The position numbers and the translations under genes are program-made. The notes under the pieces were generated by a model. That model was given only the letters and a program-made list of their open reading frames with translations. It searched no databases and was not told the DNA's origin. Below are positions 48,740-60,773 of a DNA stretch of 64,000 nucleotides, one piece after another; position 1 is the first letter of the stretch, and every line of letters begins with the position of its first letter. Source of the DNA: Isurus oxyrinchus (taxonomy: Eukaryota); assembly GCA_026770705.1 (NCBI GenBank), contig JANJGN010000038.1:9610001-9674000 (forward strand). The letters run 5' to 3'.

Positions 48740-51330
48740 TCCAGGAAAACTATGCTTCAATCTTTCTAAACATTCTTCCTCCTTGTTCCAACTCATACAC
48801 CTTCTTTAACAAATTCACATACTCCACGTTGAACACCACTTGGAGGAAGCATTGAGGGTGGCAATGGTGAACAATGTACTCTGGGTGAGGAACGTAAATG
48901 TTCAACACCAAGAGTGCCTCGGTAACATGACTGCTGACAGATCTGGCCAAGTACTAAAGGGCATAGCTGCTAGACTGGGTCTGCAGCTGTTGGTGAGGGA
49001 ACCAGCAAGAGGGAAAAACATACTTGGCCTCATCCTCACCAACCTTCCAGTTGTAGGTGCATCTGTCCATGACAGTATTATTAGGAGTAACCACTGCACA
49101 GGCTTTGTTGAGACGAAATCCTGGCCTCACATTGAAGATACCCTCCATCTTGTTGGATTACACTACCAACGTGCTAAATTGGACAAGTTTCAAACAGATC
49201 AAGCAACTAAAGACTGGGCATCCGTGAGGCATGGTGGACCAACAGAAAAAGCAGAATTGCACTCGAACATAATCAGTAACCTCATGGCCCGCCATACCGT
49301 CCACTCTACCATCAACATCCAGCTAGCAGATCGACCCTGGTTCAATAAAGAGTGCAGGAGGGCATGCCAGGAGCAACACCAGGGATACTTAAAAATCACG
49401 TGTCAAGCTGGTGAAGCTATACGACAGGATTAGTTGCATGCCAAACAGCATAAGCAGCAAGTGATGGGCAGAGCTAAGCGATCCCACAACATAATCAGAT
49501 CTATGCTTCACAGTCCTGACACATCCAGTAGTGCATGGTGGCGGGCTATTAAACATTTCACTGGAGGAGAAGGGACCACAAATATCTCCTCCTCTATGAT
49601 GGGGGAGCCCAGTGCATCAGTGCAACAGATAAGGCTGAAGCATTTGTTCGTTTCTTCAGCCAGATGTGAGGATTGGATGGTCGAACTCGGCCTCCACCGA
49701 GGTTCTCCAGTATCACAGATGCCAGTCTTCAGCGAATTCGATTCACTCCGCGTGATATAAAGAAACAGATGAAGGCAATGGGATACTGCAAAAGCTATGG
49801 GCGCTGACAATATTCCAGCTATAGTGCTGAAGACTTGTGCTCAAGAACTTGCTGTACACCTAACAAAGTTGCTCCAGTACAGCGACAACAATGGCGCCAA
49901 TCTGGCTATGTGGAAAATTTCCCATGTGCGTCCTGTACACGAAAAGCAGGACAAATCCAATCTGACCAATTACTTCCCCTTCAAGTACTCAAGGTCGTCA
50001 GTAAAGGAAGGGGTCATCAACACTGTTATTAAGCGGTGCTTGCTTAATAATAACAGTGCACTGGCACCCAAGCTGAGTTCTGCTAGGGCCACTCAGCTCC
50101 TGACCACATTCTGGCCTTGGGTCATACATGTGCAAAAAGCGCTGAACTCCCTAGGTGAGGTGAGAGTGACTGCCCTCGACATCAAGGCAGCATTCGAAAG
50201 AGTGTGGAACCAAGGACCCCTTGCAAAACCAGAGTCAATGGGAATCAAGGGGAAAATCTCCGCTGGTTGGAGTCACACCTAAGACAATGGAAAACGGTTG
50301 TGGTTGTTGGAGGTCAGTCATCTCAGCTCCAGGACATCACTGCAGGAGTTCCTCAGGGTACTGCTCTAGGCCGAAACATCTTCAGCAGCTTCATCAATAA
50401 CCTTCCTTCAATCATAAGGTCAGAAGTAGGATATGTTGGCTGATTGTTGCACAGTGTTCAGCACCATTCACAACTCCTCAGATACTGAAGAAGTCTATGT
50501 CCAAATGCAGCAACGCCTGGGAAATACCCAGGCTTGGGCTGACAAGTGGCAAGTTAGATTTGAACCACACATGTGTCAGGCAATGGCCATCTCTGTCAAG
50601 AGAGAATCTGACCATCGCCCCTTGATATCCAATGGCTTTACCATTACTGAATCACCCACTATCAATGTCCTGGGGATTACCATTGACCGGAAACAGAACT
50701 GGACCAGCCATATAAATACTGTGGCTATAAGAGCCAATCAGAGGCTAGGAATAGTGCAACGAGAAACCCATCTTCGGGCTCCTCAAAGCCTGTCCACCAT
50801 CTGCAAGGCACAAGTCATGGGTGTGATGGAATAAGTGGAATCTTGCCTGGATGAGTGCAGCTCCCAGAACATTCAAAAACCTTGACACCATCCAGGACAA
50901 AGCAATCCACTTGATTTACACCACATCCAAAAACATTTACATCTCCACCAATGACGCATAGTAGCAGCATTGTGTACCATCTACAAGATTCATTACCGGA
51001 ATTCACCAATTCGCCTGAGACAGCAGCTTGCAATCACATGACCACTGCCATTTCGGGGGACAAGCGTACATGAAAGATGGTAACACCAACATCCGGAAGT
51101 CCCCCTCCAAGTCACTCACCATTCTTATTTGGAAATATATGGCTGTTCCTTCACTGTCGCTGGGTCAAAATCCTGGAACCCCCTTCCTAACGGCACTGTG
51201 GGTGTACTTACAACACATGGACTGCAGGAGTTCAAGAAGGCAGCACATCACCACCACCACCTCAAGGGCAACTAGTCATGGACAATAAATTCTGGCCCAG
51301 CTAGCGAAGTCTAAATCTCATGAATGATTA
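48740..51330 (+). mobile_element. CR1/L2-type LINE ORF2 (endonuclease to RT to 3' tail), frameshifted
   Basis: EPARGKNILGLILTN..SNH, PWFNKEC, GADNIPAIVLK, ALDIKAAFERVW, GVPQGTALG, LADCCTV, WADKWQVRF; tail AATAAATTCTGGCC...CATGAATGA. Confidence 0.9.
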
Positions 51331-52220
51331 ATAATTTTCATAAAATCATGTGTGACTGTGCTAATGTCAAACTGTCTCTCTGTCCTCCTCTCAACATGTC
51401 TGCAGCTTTTGACATGGCGACCACAATGAAAGCTTCAGATTTTCATGCCCTGAATCTCCTCCTAAACATGTCGCCCTCGCCACAATCTTCTCTTCCTTTA
51501 AGAAGATTCTTAAAATCAATTTTCTTTGTTATTCCTCCTGTTCCAGCATTCTTTTACCTGGTTTCCATTTCCTTCTTGCATGAGTTCTCTTTCTGTTGAA
51601 GATGCTGTCTGAAGCCAGTTGCTGTGAAATTGATACTGACTGTATCATTTACCCGGATCTCCCGGTGCCAACAGTAATGAATATTGAAATGTCTGCCGCT
51701 GTTTTGCATCGGAACCAATCAGAAGTCTTGATCCAGGCGCTGACATGGTAATTAACCGAGAGGTATAAACTCTTGATGGGCGGATTTATGCTGCCCGGGC
51801 TCTCTGACAATGACTCCAACACTGACCTCAGTTTTGGATTCTTGGTTCTGTTGTGTGACACATACCCCAGTATTTACCTTCTGTTAATTTCGAACATGCA
51901 TCAGGGAATAAAAGTCAAACGCAGCCCATGGGCGCCCAACCCCACACACAGACCTCCCACATTCAATCCACAACCAACCACCCACAGTGCCCCCATCTAC
52001 TCACACCAAAATACCTGCTGTCCGACTGCCATCCTCTCGACCCACCTGCACACCCTTCATCAGCCATCGTCTGTCCACTCACTCCCCAACCCGACTGAAA
52101 CCCATATTGTCATCCCACCCAACCCCAACCCAACTATACACCACCCCACCATCTACACACCTCACATCCATCTCATCTCCCCCACCCACCTTGGCACCTC
52201 AACCGCATTAAAATGCAAAT

Positions 52221-53118
52221 GCCCTTTGAAGACCTGTGGCATCTCTGCTGCTCCTCTTCACCATTGTTCTCACTGAATGGCTGCACCCAGGAATCACCAC
52301 TACAGCCGGGACAAGCGGAACCGGGTGTAAGGATGGGAAAAAGGCAGGGATGTAATTATCTTCACAATCAGTGCTGATCACCCCAGTATCACCACTGATT
52401 GGAAGATTGGGACTATTATGTTTATGAATTACCTCACGGATTACTTTACACACATTCCACTGTCCTGTGTTAATGTTATACCCGTATCTTCAGTTTCCCT
52501 GAGAGGGTAACACAGACGTATTTCATTCTACCCTGTTCCAGCATTCCAAGAAGCGAGAAACTGGTAAATATCGTAAATTTTCGTAATTTGGATGCTTGGG
52601 TACACACACCAGAGAAATCTAACATGCAATTCAGCAAGTGAACAGGATAATATATGGTATTCTTCCCTCTATTCAAGTTAGGAACTGTTGATAGAATTAT
52701 ACCGGTGATTGGTGATAAAACCCCTGGATTAATGTGTACAGTTTCCATCTACTTAAATAAGGAACATAATGTGATGAAACAATTAATCCATCAATCAAAT
52801 TAGATGTGCACCTTCTTAAATTTAGAAGGTGGGTTGGAGGCCTCATTAAATCATAGGGAATTATTAAAGGGCCCTTTGAATACCTGTGGCATCTCTGCTG
52901 CTCCTCTTCACCATTGTTCTCACTGAATGGCTGCACCCAGGAATCACTACTATAGCTGGGACAAAGGAACCAGGTGTATAGATGGGAAAAAGGCAGGGAT
53001 GTAATTATCTTCAAAATCAGCGCTGATCACCCCAGTATCACCACTGATTGGAAGATTGGGACTATTATGTTTATGAATTACCTCACGGATTACTTTGCAT
53101 ACATTCCATTGTCCTGTG
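52221..53118. repeat. ~250-bp direct repeat (52221-52469 and 52871-53118) separated by ~400 bp
   Basis: Copies are directly alignable with few substitutions. Confidence 0.95.
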
Positions 53119-53450
53119 AAGATGCTGGGAGAATGTTTCCCCGAGACGGGGAGCCCAGAACTAGAGTCCACAACCTGAGAATAAGGGGTCGGCCAATTTG
53201 GATTGGGATAAGGAGAATCTTCTTCACTCAGACAGTGGTGAAACTTTAGAATTATCAAATCTAGAAGGCTGTTGTTCTAAATATGTTCAAGATGGCGATC
53301 AATTGATTTTTAGGGACTAACACAGTCAAGGAAAAGAGGGATAGTGTTGGAAAGTAGAGGTCCAAGATTGACCATGGTCTTATTGAACAGTAGAGTAGGC
53401 CAGAGGGTATATATGGCGTCTTCATGCTCTTAGCTCTTGCATTCTTATGT
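53119..53450 (+). mobile_element. CR1 3' end
   Basis: DAGRMFPRDGEPRTRVHNLRIRGRP...FFTQTVVKL; TTCTTATGT tail. Confidence 0.85.
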
Positions 53451-54175
53451 AACATATTCAAGTCCCATATGCTAGCTTATTCGGTTCTTGATCCAAAACA
53501 CACGTCCCATCCATTGGTAAATTCTCTCTTGCTCTCTCAGCCTGATTTCTGAGGTGCCACTCACTGTGCTCTGTTCCTTTCTATCGCTTAGTTTCCAGCG
53601 CCGATTGAGTCTCCATTTTATTTACTTCAATTCAGTGGACCATTTCCTATCCTGTTCTTTTGACCTGATAGATAGTCTGGTTGTCCTTGCGTAAAGTCCA
53701 AATGGTTTTGTGCTTCTGGCAACAGCAACCATTATAAGGAAAGCAATGCGGGATATTTTTATCTGAAAGGAAATTAATGAATACAAATCGGTATTTGCTT
53801 GTTTCCACAACCTTCATATTCCAATGACTTGTCAGAAAAATGAACCATTTGCCTTCGGTCCAAATCACAGTCCATCCTGAATATGGATTTCCAAGGCCCA
53901 TGTATGCAATTTGCAGCATGTTCATGTGGTGAATGATTTTCACTCCGAAATCAATGAATAATGTCAGGAAATGGCGCTGGGACCTGTTGCTGGATTTGGT
54001 TTCCTTCCACAACAGGATGGTATTGAACTCGAAACCTTCCCTCCAGTGGCAAGTCCAGACACCGGTAATGTAAATAGATTCTGACCCTGCGTAATGCTGT
54101 ATAAATTTTACCCTGTCAGCCTGCACCTGTTGCTCTCAGTTAAACAGTAAATTCCGGTATTTCTCTTCCTTACAG

Positions 54176-55077
54176 TGAACTTACTGACTATTGTGACTCT
54201 CTCTCGGGGAAGGTGCGGTCTCTCAAAATGTGTTACCCGTTACCTGGTGTCCATGGCAACAGCGGATCTACTGGTCGTTATCATTGACCTCATATTTAGG
54301 CAGATTCCTATTCGTTATTGGGTTCAGTTTCAGTTCATGTGGAGGATTAAAGTGTGTAATATCCATGCTGTCCTGCTTTATGCTGCCACAGATTGTTCTG
54401 TCTGGTTCACAGTCTCTTTCACCTTTGATCGATTCCTGGCCATTTGTTACCAGAAGTTGAAAACAAAATATTGCACCGAGCGGGTGGCAGCTGTGGTTCT
54501 CGGAACAATGGGTCTGCTGTTCTGTGTGAAGAATACTTTCTGGTATTTTATGTATGAAGGTCAATATTGGATTTCCAACAATCCTTGGCTTTGCAAATTA
54601 GTGTAGGATGCTGATCTTTCATCGATGTGGGCAGCAATCGAATTCTTTCATTATATTTTAACCCCCTTTGTCCCATTTGTTTTGATTTTGGTGTTGAATG
54701 CTTTAACTGTCAGATATATTTTAGTGTCGAGCAGAGCCCGCAGGAGACTCCGGGCTCACTGCAGTGGGGAGAATCCCAGTGACCCAGAGATGGAGAAACG
54801 TAAGAAATCCATCATTTTACTGTTTGCTATATCGGGGAATTTTATTCTGTTGTGGGCGATCTTTCTGATATGTTCTATTTGTAACAGGTTGTATCTGTTA
54901 CATTTTATCCCTTTAAATCTACCTAAATTTGTACAGGAACTGGGATTTATGTTTCAGCTCCTGAGTTGTTGCACCAACACGGCTATTTATGCAGTGACCC
55001 AGACTAAATTCAGAGAGGAGCTGAATAATGTGGTGAAATATCCCTTTTCTGTAATTGTGAGATTTATTAAACAGTGA
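54176..55077 (+). pseudogene. GPR139/GPR142-like class A GPCR #2, exon 2, with in-frame TAG at 54604-54606
   Basis: Acceptor ttacag|TG. ORFs 54175-54606 and 54625-55077 are in the same frame: LSRGRCGLSKCVTRYLVSMATADL, SVWFTVSFTFDRFLAIC, NNPWLC, LNALTVRYIL, LSCCTNTAIYAVTQTKFREEL. Confidence 0.92.
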
Positions 55078-56429
55078 GAAGAATTTGCATCATCAAAACG
55101 TGTTAATCTCGTATTTTTCCCAATCCCTTCACCTCAGTGATGCGCACAGAGTGAAGCTGGTCCCCATTTTCACCGCCAGGATTTAGTGACTAACTGTAAC
55201 GGTGAAGTTGAGAAGTAAGTGTACCTCAGTCCTGTTTGGTGCTGCTAGCTTCCAGGCCCTTTAAACTCTCTGGTGCGCCTTGCGTCTAGGGTATGAAGAT
55301 CCCACCCATCAGTCTCGAGTTTCATGTCATTACAGAAAGGGAGGGCGGAGGAAGAGCTCACCCTGGCAGGTTACAGCCTAAGAGTAGAGGGGCTTCCACA
55401 TCCTCCATTCTGGGAGAACTAGTCTAAAAATCTAAGAGCAACCTGCAGATGGGAGGAGGATTTGAAAGCTGCAATGCCCAGAGATTTCCGCCTTTCAAAA
55501 TCTCTTCATTCGTCTTTTGGAGTGTTTTCAAATACGACCTTGGTAGGGTGTGGGAGCCCGGGTTTGGGGGGTGATGTTGCCCTTTATACAATTTAAGGCT
55601 TCTTCTGTCAGACGGATAATGGACAAGTGAAATTCACCAAATGAAATCTCTCCCTGAGCCCAGCCATAAAAAAACAACTTCAGTGGAATGTGGGAGTGGA
55701 GCCAGTGTTCTTGGATCCGAAATGAAAACAAAAATTCCTGGAATATTCAGCAGGTTCCTGCAACATTTGTGGAGCAAGAGACAGATTTAAGTTTGAAGAG
55801 CTTCCATCAGTGTTCTGGCACCTTCAGATTCTCGAAAGGCCTTCAGCCGCCTGCAGCAGGAACTGAAGCTTGTCATTTCACAATTTAGAGGTGTGGGGTG
55901 AGAGGGGCTAGCGAGAAAGAGGAGGAAGTTCAGGTTGAAATATAAAACGTTAAAAATGGCGTGATCGGTTTGGGTCTTTTTAAAAATTATATCATAGGAT
56001 GTGGGGATCTCTGGCTCGGCGGGCACTTCTTGCCCATCCCTGATTACCCTTGAGAAGTTGGTTGGTGAGGAAACGTTTTGAACAGATGCAGTCCACCTGC
56101 AGCGGTTTAGCCCAACTCTCTGAGTGGCTGGTGAAGACATTTCCGAGGGCAATTAAAATACAGCCGCATTACTGGCACAGATTTAATATAACTGAACAAG
56201 ATGTATTTTTACAGCAAACCAATGGACTTCAACTCAAAATGCATTAACTAAGTGAATTTATCTCCAACCAGTTGCTGTGGTGAGATTTGAAGCTGCATTG
56301 CCAGATTATGAGCGTTGGTCTCAATGGAGCAAGTTTGTCACTTTACCATTGGGCAGCGGGCTGAGAAACTTTCCAGGGATACCAGAAATCCACAAGGACA
56401 CCTATCACGGAAGGATTGAAAGGGTGCGT

Positions 56430-56830
56430 CACTCATTTTCCTTGAAAAAGAAAGTTCGAGGGAGACCTAATAAAGATATTTAATGTGATGGAAGTTTTGC
56501 AACAAGTGAATGCAGAAATATTGTTTTGGAATGTGGGGCAGGATGTGATTCTAGATCAGAAATATAAGAGAGTCAGCAAGAAACCCAATCGGAAATTCAG
56601 ATCAAAATCTTCTACACCCAGAGAGTGGTGGGAATGTGGAACTCGATGCCACAGGGAGTGGTTCAAGTGAATAGTACCGATACATTTAAGTGGAAACTAA
56701 GCAAGCATTTGAGGGAGTCGGGAATAGATAGTTACAATTGTAGAATTAAGTGAAGGCAGACTGGAGGAGGCTCAAGTTGAACATAACCCCCGGAGCGCAC
56801 TGTTTGGAACAAATTCCCATTTCTGTTTCC
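56430..56830 (+). mobile_element. Degraded CR1 3' fragment
   Basis: Similar to the other CR1 3' ends in the window (TTCTACACCCAGAGAGTGGTGGGAATGTGGAACTCG). Confidence 0.7.
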
Positions 56831-57329
56831 TCCATCCTTTGAGAATAATATCAGATTCTGCCGCCTCTCCCCATGATTGAAATGGCTTATCCCTGAATCT
56901 GTTCATGTGAGTACTGCCTATATCCTCTCCAAAGACTTGATACCATTCCCAAAGTGTGAACACAATATTTCAGCTGAGGTTCAAAAGATGGTTTATGGAG
57001 CTCCAGCATAATCAGTTTCCTTTTGCACTGCAAGCTCCATTAATGAAACAAAGGACCACATGAGCTCTTTTTAAAGAAAGCAGATAGATCAACTTGTCCT
57101 GCTACATTCAGAGATTTGTGTGCATAGAGTCTCACGTCACACTATCCCTGTATTCAGTTCCCCGCCTTCCAACCTTTCAAGGCCCGTGTGTTTTTTTTCC
57201 TTCATCTTCTCCTTCCGATTCTGTGCTTGTTTCCATCTAGCAGTTCCACCTCTCATGAGATTCTGTAATCCTCGCTCGACATTTCTGGCAGAGTCATTTT
57301 GGCACTTCACACAAGAGCAATAAGTATTC

Positions 57330-57386
57330 ATTCCTCTATCGAGGTTCTGAAAGCAACAAATCCTAACCACTAGACCACCCACGGGA
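57330..57386 (-). pseudogene. tRNA-Glu pseudogene (5' half)
   Basis: Minus TCCCGTGGGTGGTCTAGTGGTTAGGATTTGTTGCTTTCA vs vertebrate tRNA-Glu TCCCTGGTGGTCTAGTGGTTAGGATTCGGCGCTTTCA. Confidence 0.7.
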
Positions 57387-58385
57387 CACTGTCCACAAGC
57401 CTTGCAGACTGGCTTGTCCACTCCAATTTTGCTATTTCCTCACTTCAAAAGGGACAAGTCTGTCCTACAAAATGGCGCATTTACATGAAACAAGAAGGGC
57501 TGGTTCAGTGAGAATTGTTCAGCCAAAAACAACAACCATTTTTGTTTGCTGGGACATGGCATTGACAGTGAGGTGAAATAGTCCCATAAGCTGCTCATGT
57601 GTAAATTTCAATTTCCAAAATGCAACAACCTCATCACTGCGGCTCCTGTGAAACTGACACGGGAACACACGGCAGACATTCATCACTGAAACTAACTGAC
57701 ACACATCAAACTCCAAACACTGTCATGTTGCCTCTCTTTCTGCTTCTGCCCCGTCTCTCCTCCAGTTCCCTCTGCCCATCCAGCTCCCAGGTCAATTCAC
57801 TGCTTGATGCAGACACTGTCATTTCATGAACTCAAGCTTTCCCTGGAAAGCGGGGACAGGGAATGGAAGTCCCAAAGCTTCCAGATAGGGATGGGGTTGC
57901 CGATGACAGGGTAAAGATAAAACAGCATTTCTCTTCCCGGTTCTCAAACATACTGATTACATGAAAAGGACACAAGGGCAACCCACTGTCTGTTTAAATG
58001 TTGCTCAGTGAAAATTTCAATCTTCCTCCGCTGTGTAACATTTGGGCACTGAGTCAACAAGCAGTCTGCACTCAAAAATAAACACAGGCAGTGGCAATCA
58101 CATCTTGCAACACTTAAACCTGCTGCTATTCTCTGTACCTCGGTTAACTGAACCACACTGAAACAAACAGAGGAACACACACAGACATATACACCGAGAG
58201 CGACAGAGGGCTAAAGAGAGACAAACACCCATGTCAACAACCTGGCTCAGTTTTTTTCCATTTCTTGCGATTTGGTGAATGCTCTCAGATGAACAGAAAT
58301 GAAAGAGCGTGCAAGTGAAGTGGGAAAAGGAACACTGCAGCATTTGCAAGCGTCTGATTGCATTTCACCAGCAGAAGGGATAAGC

Positions 58386-58467
58386 AATGAGCAGCACAGT
58401 TCGAACCTGCGTAGAGCTACACTAATAGATCTCAAATCCATTGCCTTAACCACTCGACCACGACTAC
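58386..58467 (-). pseudogene. tRNA-Ser(TGA) pseudogene
   Basis: Minus GTAGTCGTGGTCGAGTGGTTAAGGCAATGGATTTGAGATCTATT...CGCAGGTTCGAAC; acceptor stem broken. Confidence 0.85.
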
Positions 58468-58670
58468 ACACACTGCAAACTTGGGAGCGTTGTTGAACTA
58501 AAATTGCAGAATGGTTACAGTGGAAAAAGCTGGCACTTGGCCCCACCTACATCCGGTCACTCTGCAATTTTTATCGCCTCTCCTCGTTCTTCCTACTAAA
58601 ATAAAGCACCACAGACTTCAGCTGCCCCGAGTGCATCCCAATGGATTTTCGAAAAAGAGGAAAAATTTCG

Positions 58671-58774
58671 ATCGCAGTGGGATTTGAACACACGCTTCAT
58701 AAAACACTAAAACCCACGTTTCATAAAGCACTACAACCGAATTCCGGGGTCTTGAGCCGCTCGGACACACACCC
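58671..58774 (-). pseudogene. tRNA-Leu pseudogene with an internal duplication
   Basis: Minus GTGTCCGAGCGGCTCAAG...GCGTGTGTTCAAATCCCACTGCG; the TAGTG(C/T)TTTATGAA segment is duplicated. Confidence 0.65.
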
Positions 58775-58834
58775 ATGATGAAAACAGAAGCACCCTAACC
58801 ATTGCTTTGAGTGGTATCAGCGCTGAATTAGACC

Positions 58835-59390
58835 ATAACAAATAGGAGGAGGAATGGAACCATTTTGTCCCTGGAGCCCCTCATAATATCACAGAATGAG
58901 AGCGAATGTTACACCACAGATAGAGGCCATTCGGCCCGTGATATTAGAATATAGGATTTAAGAGCAGGAGGAGGCCAATCGGCCCTTTGTAACTGCTCCA
59001 CCATTCAATAAGCTCATGGCTGATCAGGTTGTGGTCTCAACTCCAATCTCCTGTCTGCCCCTAACCCACATAATCCCTTCTGGATCAAAAATCTGTCCAA
59101 TTCTGCCTTGAATAATTCAGTGACCCAGCCTCCACTGCTTTCTGGGGAAAATAATTCCACAGACTAACGGCTCTCGGCAGGGGAAAAAATCTCCTCATCT
59201 CCATCTGAAAAGCGAGACCTCTCACTCTTCTGGAAATTAACTCATCTGGTCCCACTCCCCCGCCTTTTCCCAGGTGGACTACATTTTCTGCCCAAATCTC
59301 CTTTGAAATCCGCGATTGAATCTGCCTCCCCCACACTCTCAGGTAGTGCATTCCAGATCCTAACCACTCGCTGGGTAACAGAATTAAAAT
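58835..59390 (-). mobile_element. Stacked CR1 3' end fragments
   Basis: Several GGCCATTCGGCCC 3'UTR motifs and a RAVSLWNYFPQKAVEAGSL remnant. Confidence 0.75.
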
Positions 59391-59530
59391 TGTACATTCT
59401 ATGTGATGTGGCCTCTCCTCATTCTTCCGAACAATATGAGTCACTGTACTCTCCATTGCAGTAAATTTCAGGTGCACTTTAACAGTTTACATGAGGCAAT
59501 CCTGCGCATTGAGACAGTTCACACATGGCT

Positions 59531-59580
59531 TTCCCTAACTTGGAATTGAACCCAGGCTGCGGCAGTGAAAGCACCAAACC
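59531..59580 (-). pseudogene. tRNA-Glu(TTC) pseudogene (3' portion)
   Basis: Minus GGTTTGGTGCTTTCACTGCCGCAGCCTGGGTTCAATTCCAAGTTAGGGAA. Confidence 0.7.
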
Positions 59581-59758
59581 AGCTGCATGAAGCTCTCCGA
59601 CATCCAGAGAAGCCCAGGGAAGTTTTCACTCAGAAGCCAGCGGCTGTGACATTAACAAAGTGGGATGCAGAAAGACTCAGTTTGAGCGGTGACACTAACA
59701 AAGGAATGGAGAGCTGGTGTTCACGCATGAAAGCAGCAAAGCTTTAAAAAAGAGCCGG

Positions 59759-59831
59759 TGCACAACGTGGGGGACGAGCCCACGACCCTAAGATTCAGCG
59801 TCTCATGATCTACTGACTGAGCTAGCCGAGA
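59759..59831 (-). pseudogene. tRNA-Lys(CTT)-derived pseudogene, full length, anticodon mutated to CTG
   Basis: Minus TCTCGGCTAGCTCAGTCAGTAGATCATGAGACGCTGAATCTTAGGGTCGTGGGCTCGTCCCCCACGTTGTGCA; B box damaged. Confidence 0.88.
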
Positions 59832-60404
59832 ACGCACGCTGCGAGCTTCCTATGCAAAAATTCAGGGAGATCAATATTGTTTTCCACCTGGAGCCTCAGC
59901 TTGTTCTGACTTTAATTGTGTAGAAGGTAATCGACCAACAAAAGTCCCAAAGTTGCAATGCATTCCTCTCAATCATCAATATCATTCACATCTTCCACTT
60001 AGGTGCACTTCCTTCCAAACATTGCAAACTCCAGTTGCATCGTTCGTCCTGATAATTTTTCTCTTGGACAATTTAACATGAAGTTGCACTACTAATGTGA
60101 GTTAAGTTTGTGATGATGAATATGTGTTCGCCCCTCAGGGAACTGAACCACATTAACACACACAGAGGAACGCACACAAACATATACACCGAGAGTGACA
60201 GAGGCCAAAGGACAGAAAAACACCCAGAAAGCAAGGATGTCACCAACTCGGCCAATTATTCTTCCATTTCAGGGGCCAAATGTAATGAATGTTTGTAGAT
60301 GAACAGAGGTAAGAAACACGGCGGGTTTGGGCGGTTTTCCTTTTCATTTGACTGATAATTTATTCTGCAGACAGTTTGTGTCAATCAGGAATGAGATGAA
60401 GGGG

Positions 60405-60460
60405 ATTTGGCAGGATTCGGACCACGTAGAAAAACGCCTGAACCACTCGGCCAGGACAAC
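60405..60460 (-). pseudogene. tRNA-Ser pseudogene, anticodon arm deleted
   Basis: Minus GTTGTCCTGGCCGAGTGGTTCAGGCG...CCGAATCCTGCC. Confidence 0.65.
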
Positions 60461-60692
60461 TGCGGAAAGGCTGCATGTTGTTTGTTTAAAATAGTAGAAT
60501 GAATACAGGGAGTTCCAGTGAAAGAAGGTCTTCCAGTCCGTGCCATTGCCCCACCTTTTCCCAGTCACCCTGGGATTTACACTGTCTCTCCTCATTCTCC
60601 CAACTGAAATACAACACTGCACAGCTCAGCTGCTCCTTCACCGCATGGAGATTTTTTGGGAAGCGCCTCAAATAACAAACCATCAGAAAGTT

Positions 60693-60773
60693 TGGCAGCG
60701 GTGGGAGTGAAGCTCAAGTCAGCAGCGAGATCAAAACCTGAACCAACGGCTGAGCCCGCTCGGCCTCACTACC
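60693..60773 (-). pseudogene. tRNA-Leu pseudogene
   Basis: Minus GGTAGTGAGGCCGAGCGG...CTCCCACCGCTGCCA matches the tRNA-Leu(TAG/AAG) termini. Confidence 0.75.

Noticed and set aside
52213-52220. Ig octamer ATGCAAAT (also ATTTGCAT at ~55083)
   Set aside because: Far from any V or leader exon; chance occurrence
51773-52276. 167-aa Pro/His/Thr-rich ORF
   Set aside because: Arises from a C/A-rich low-complexity tract
53647-54126. 159-aa antisense ORF just upstream of GPCR #2 exon 2
   Set aside because: Non-ATG start and no recognisable domain; at most an ancient LINE remnant in mixed frames
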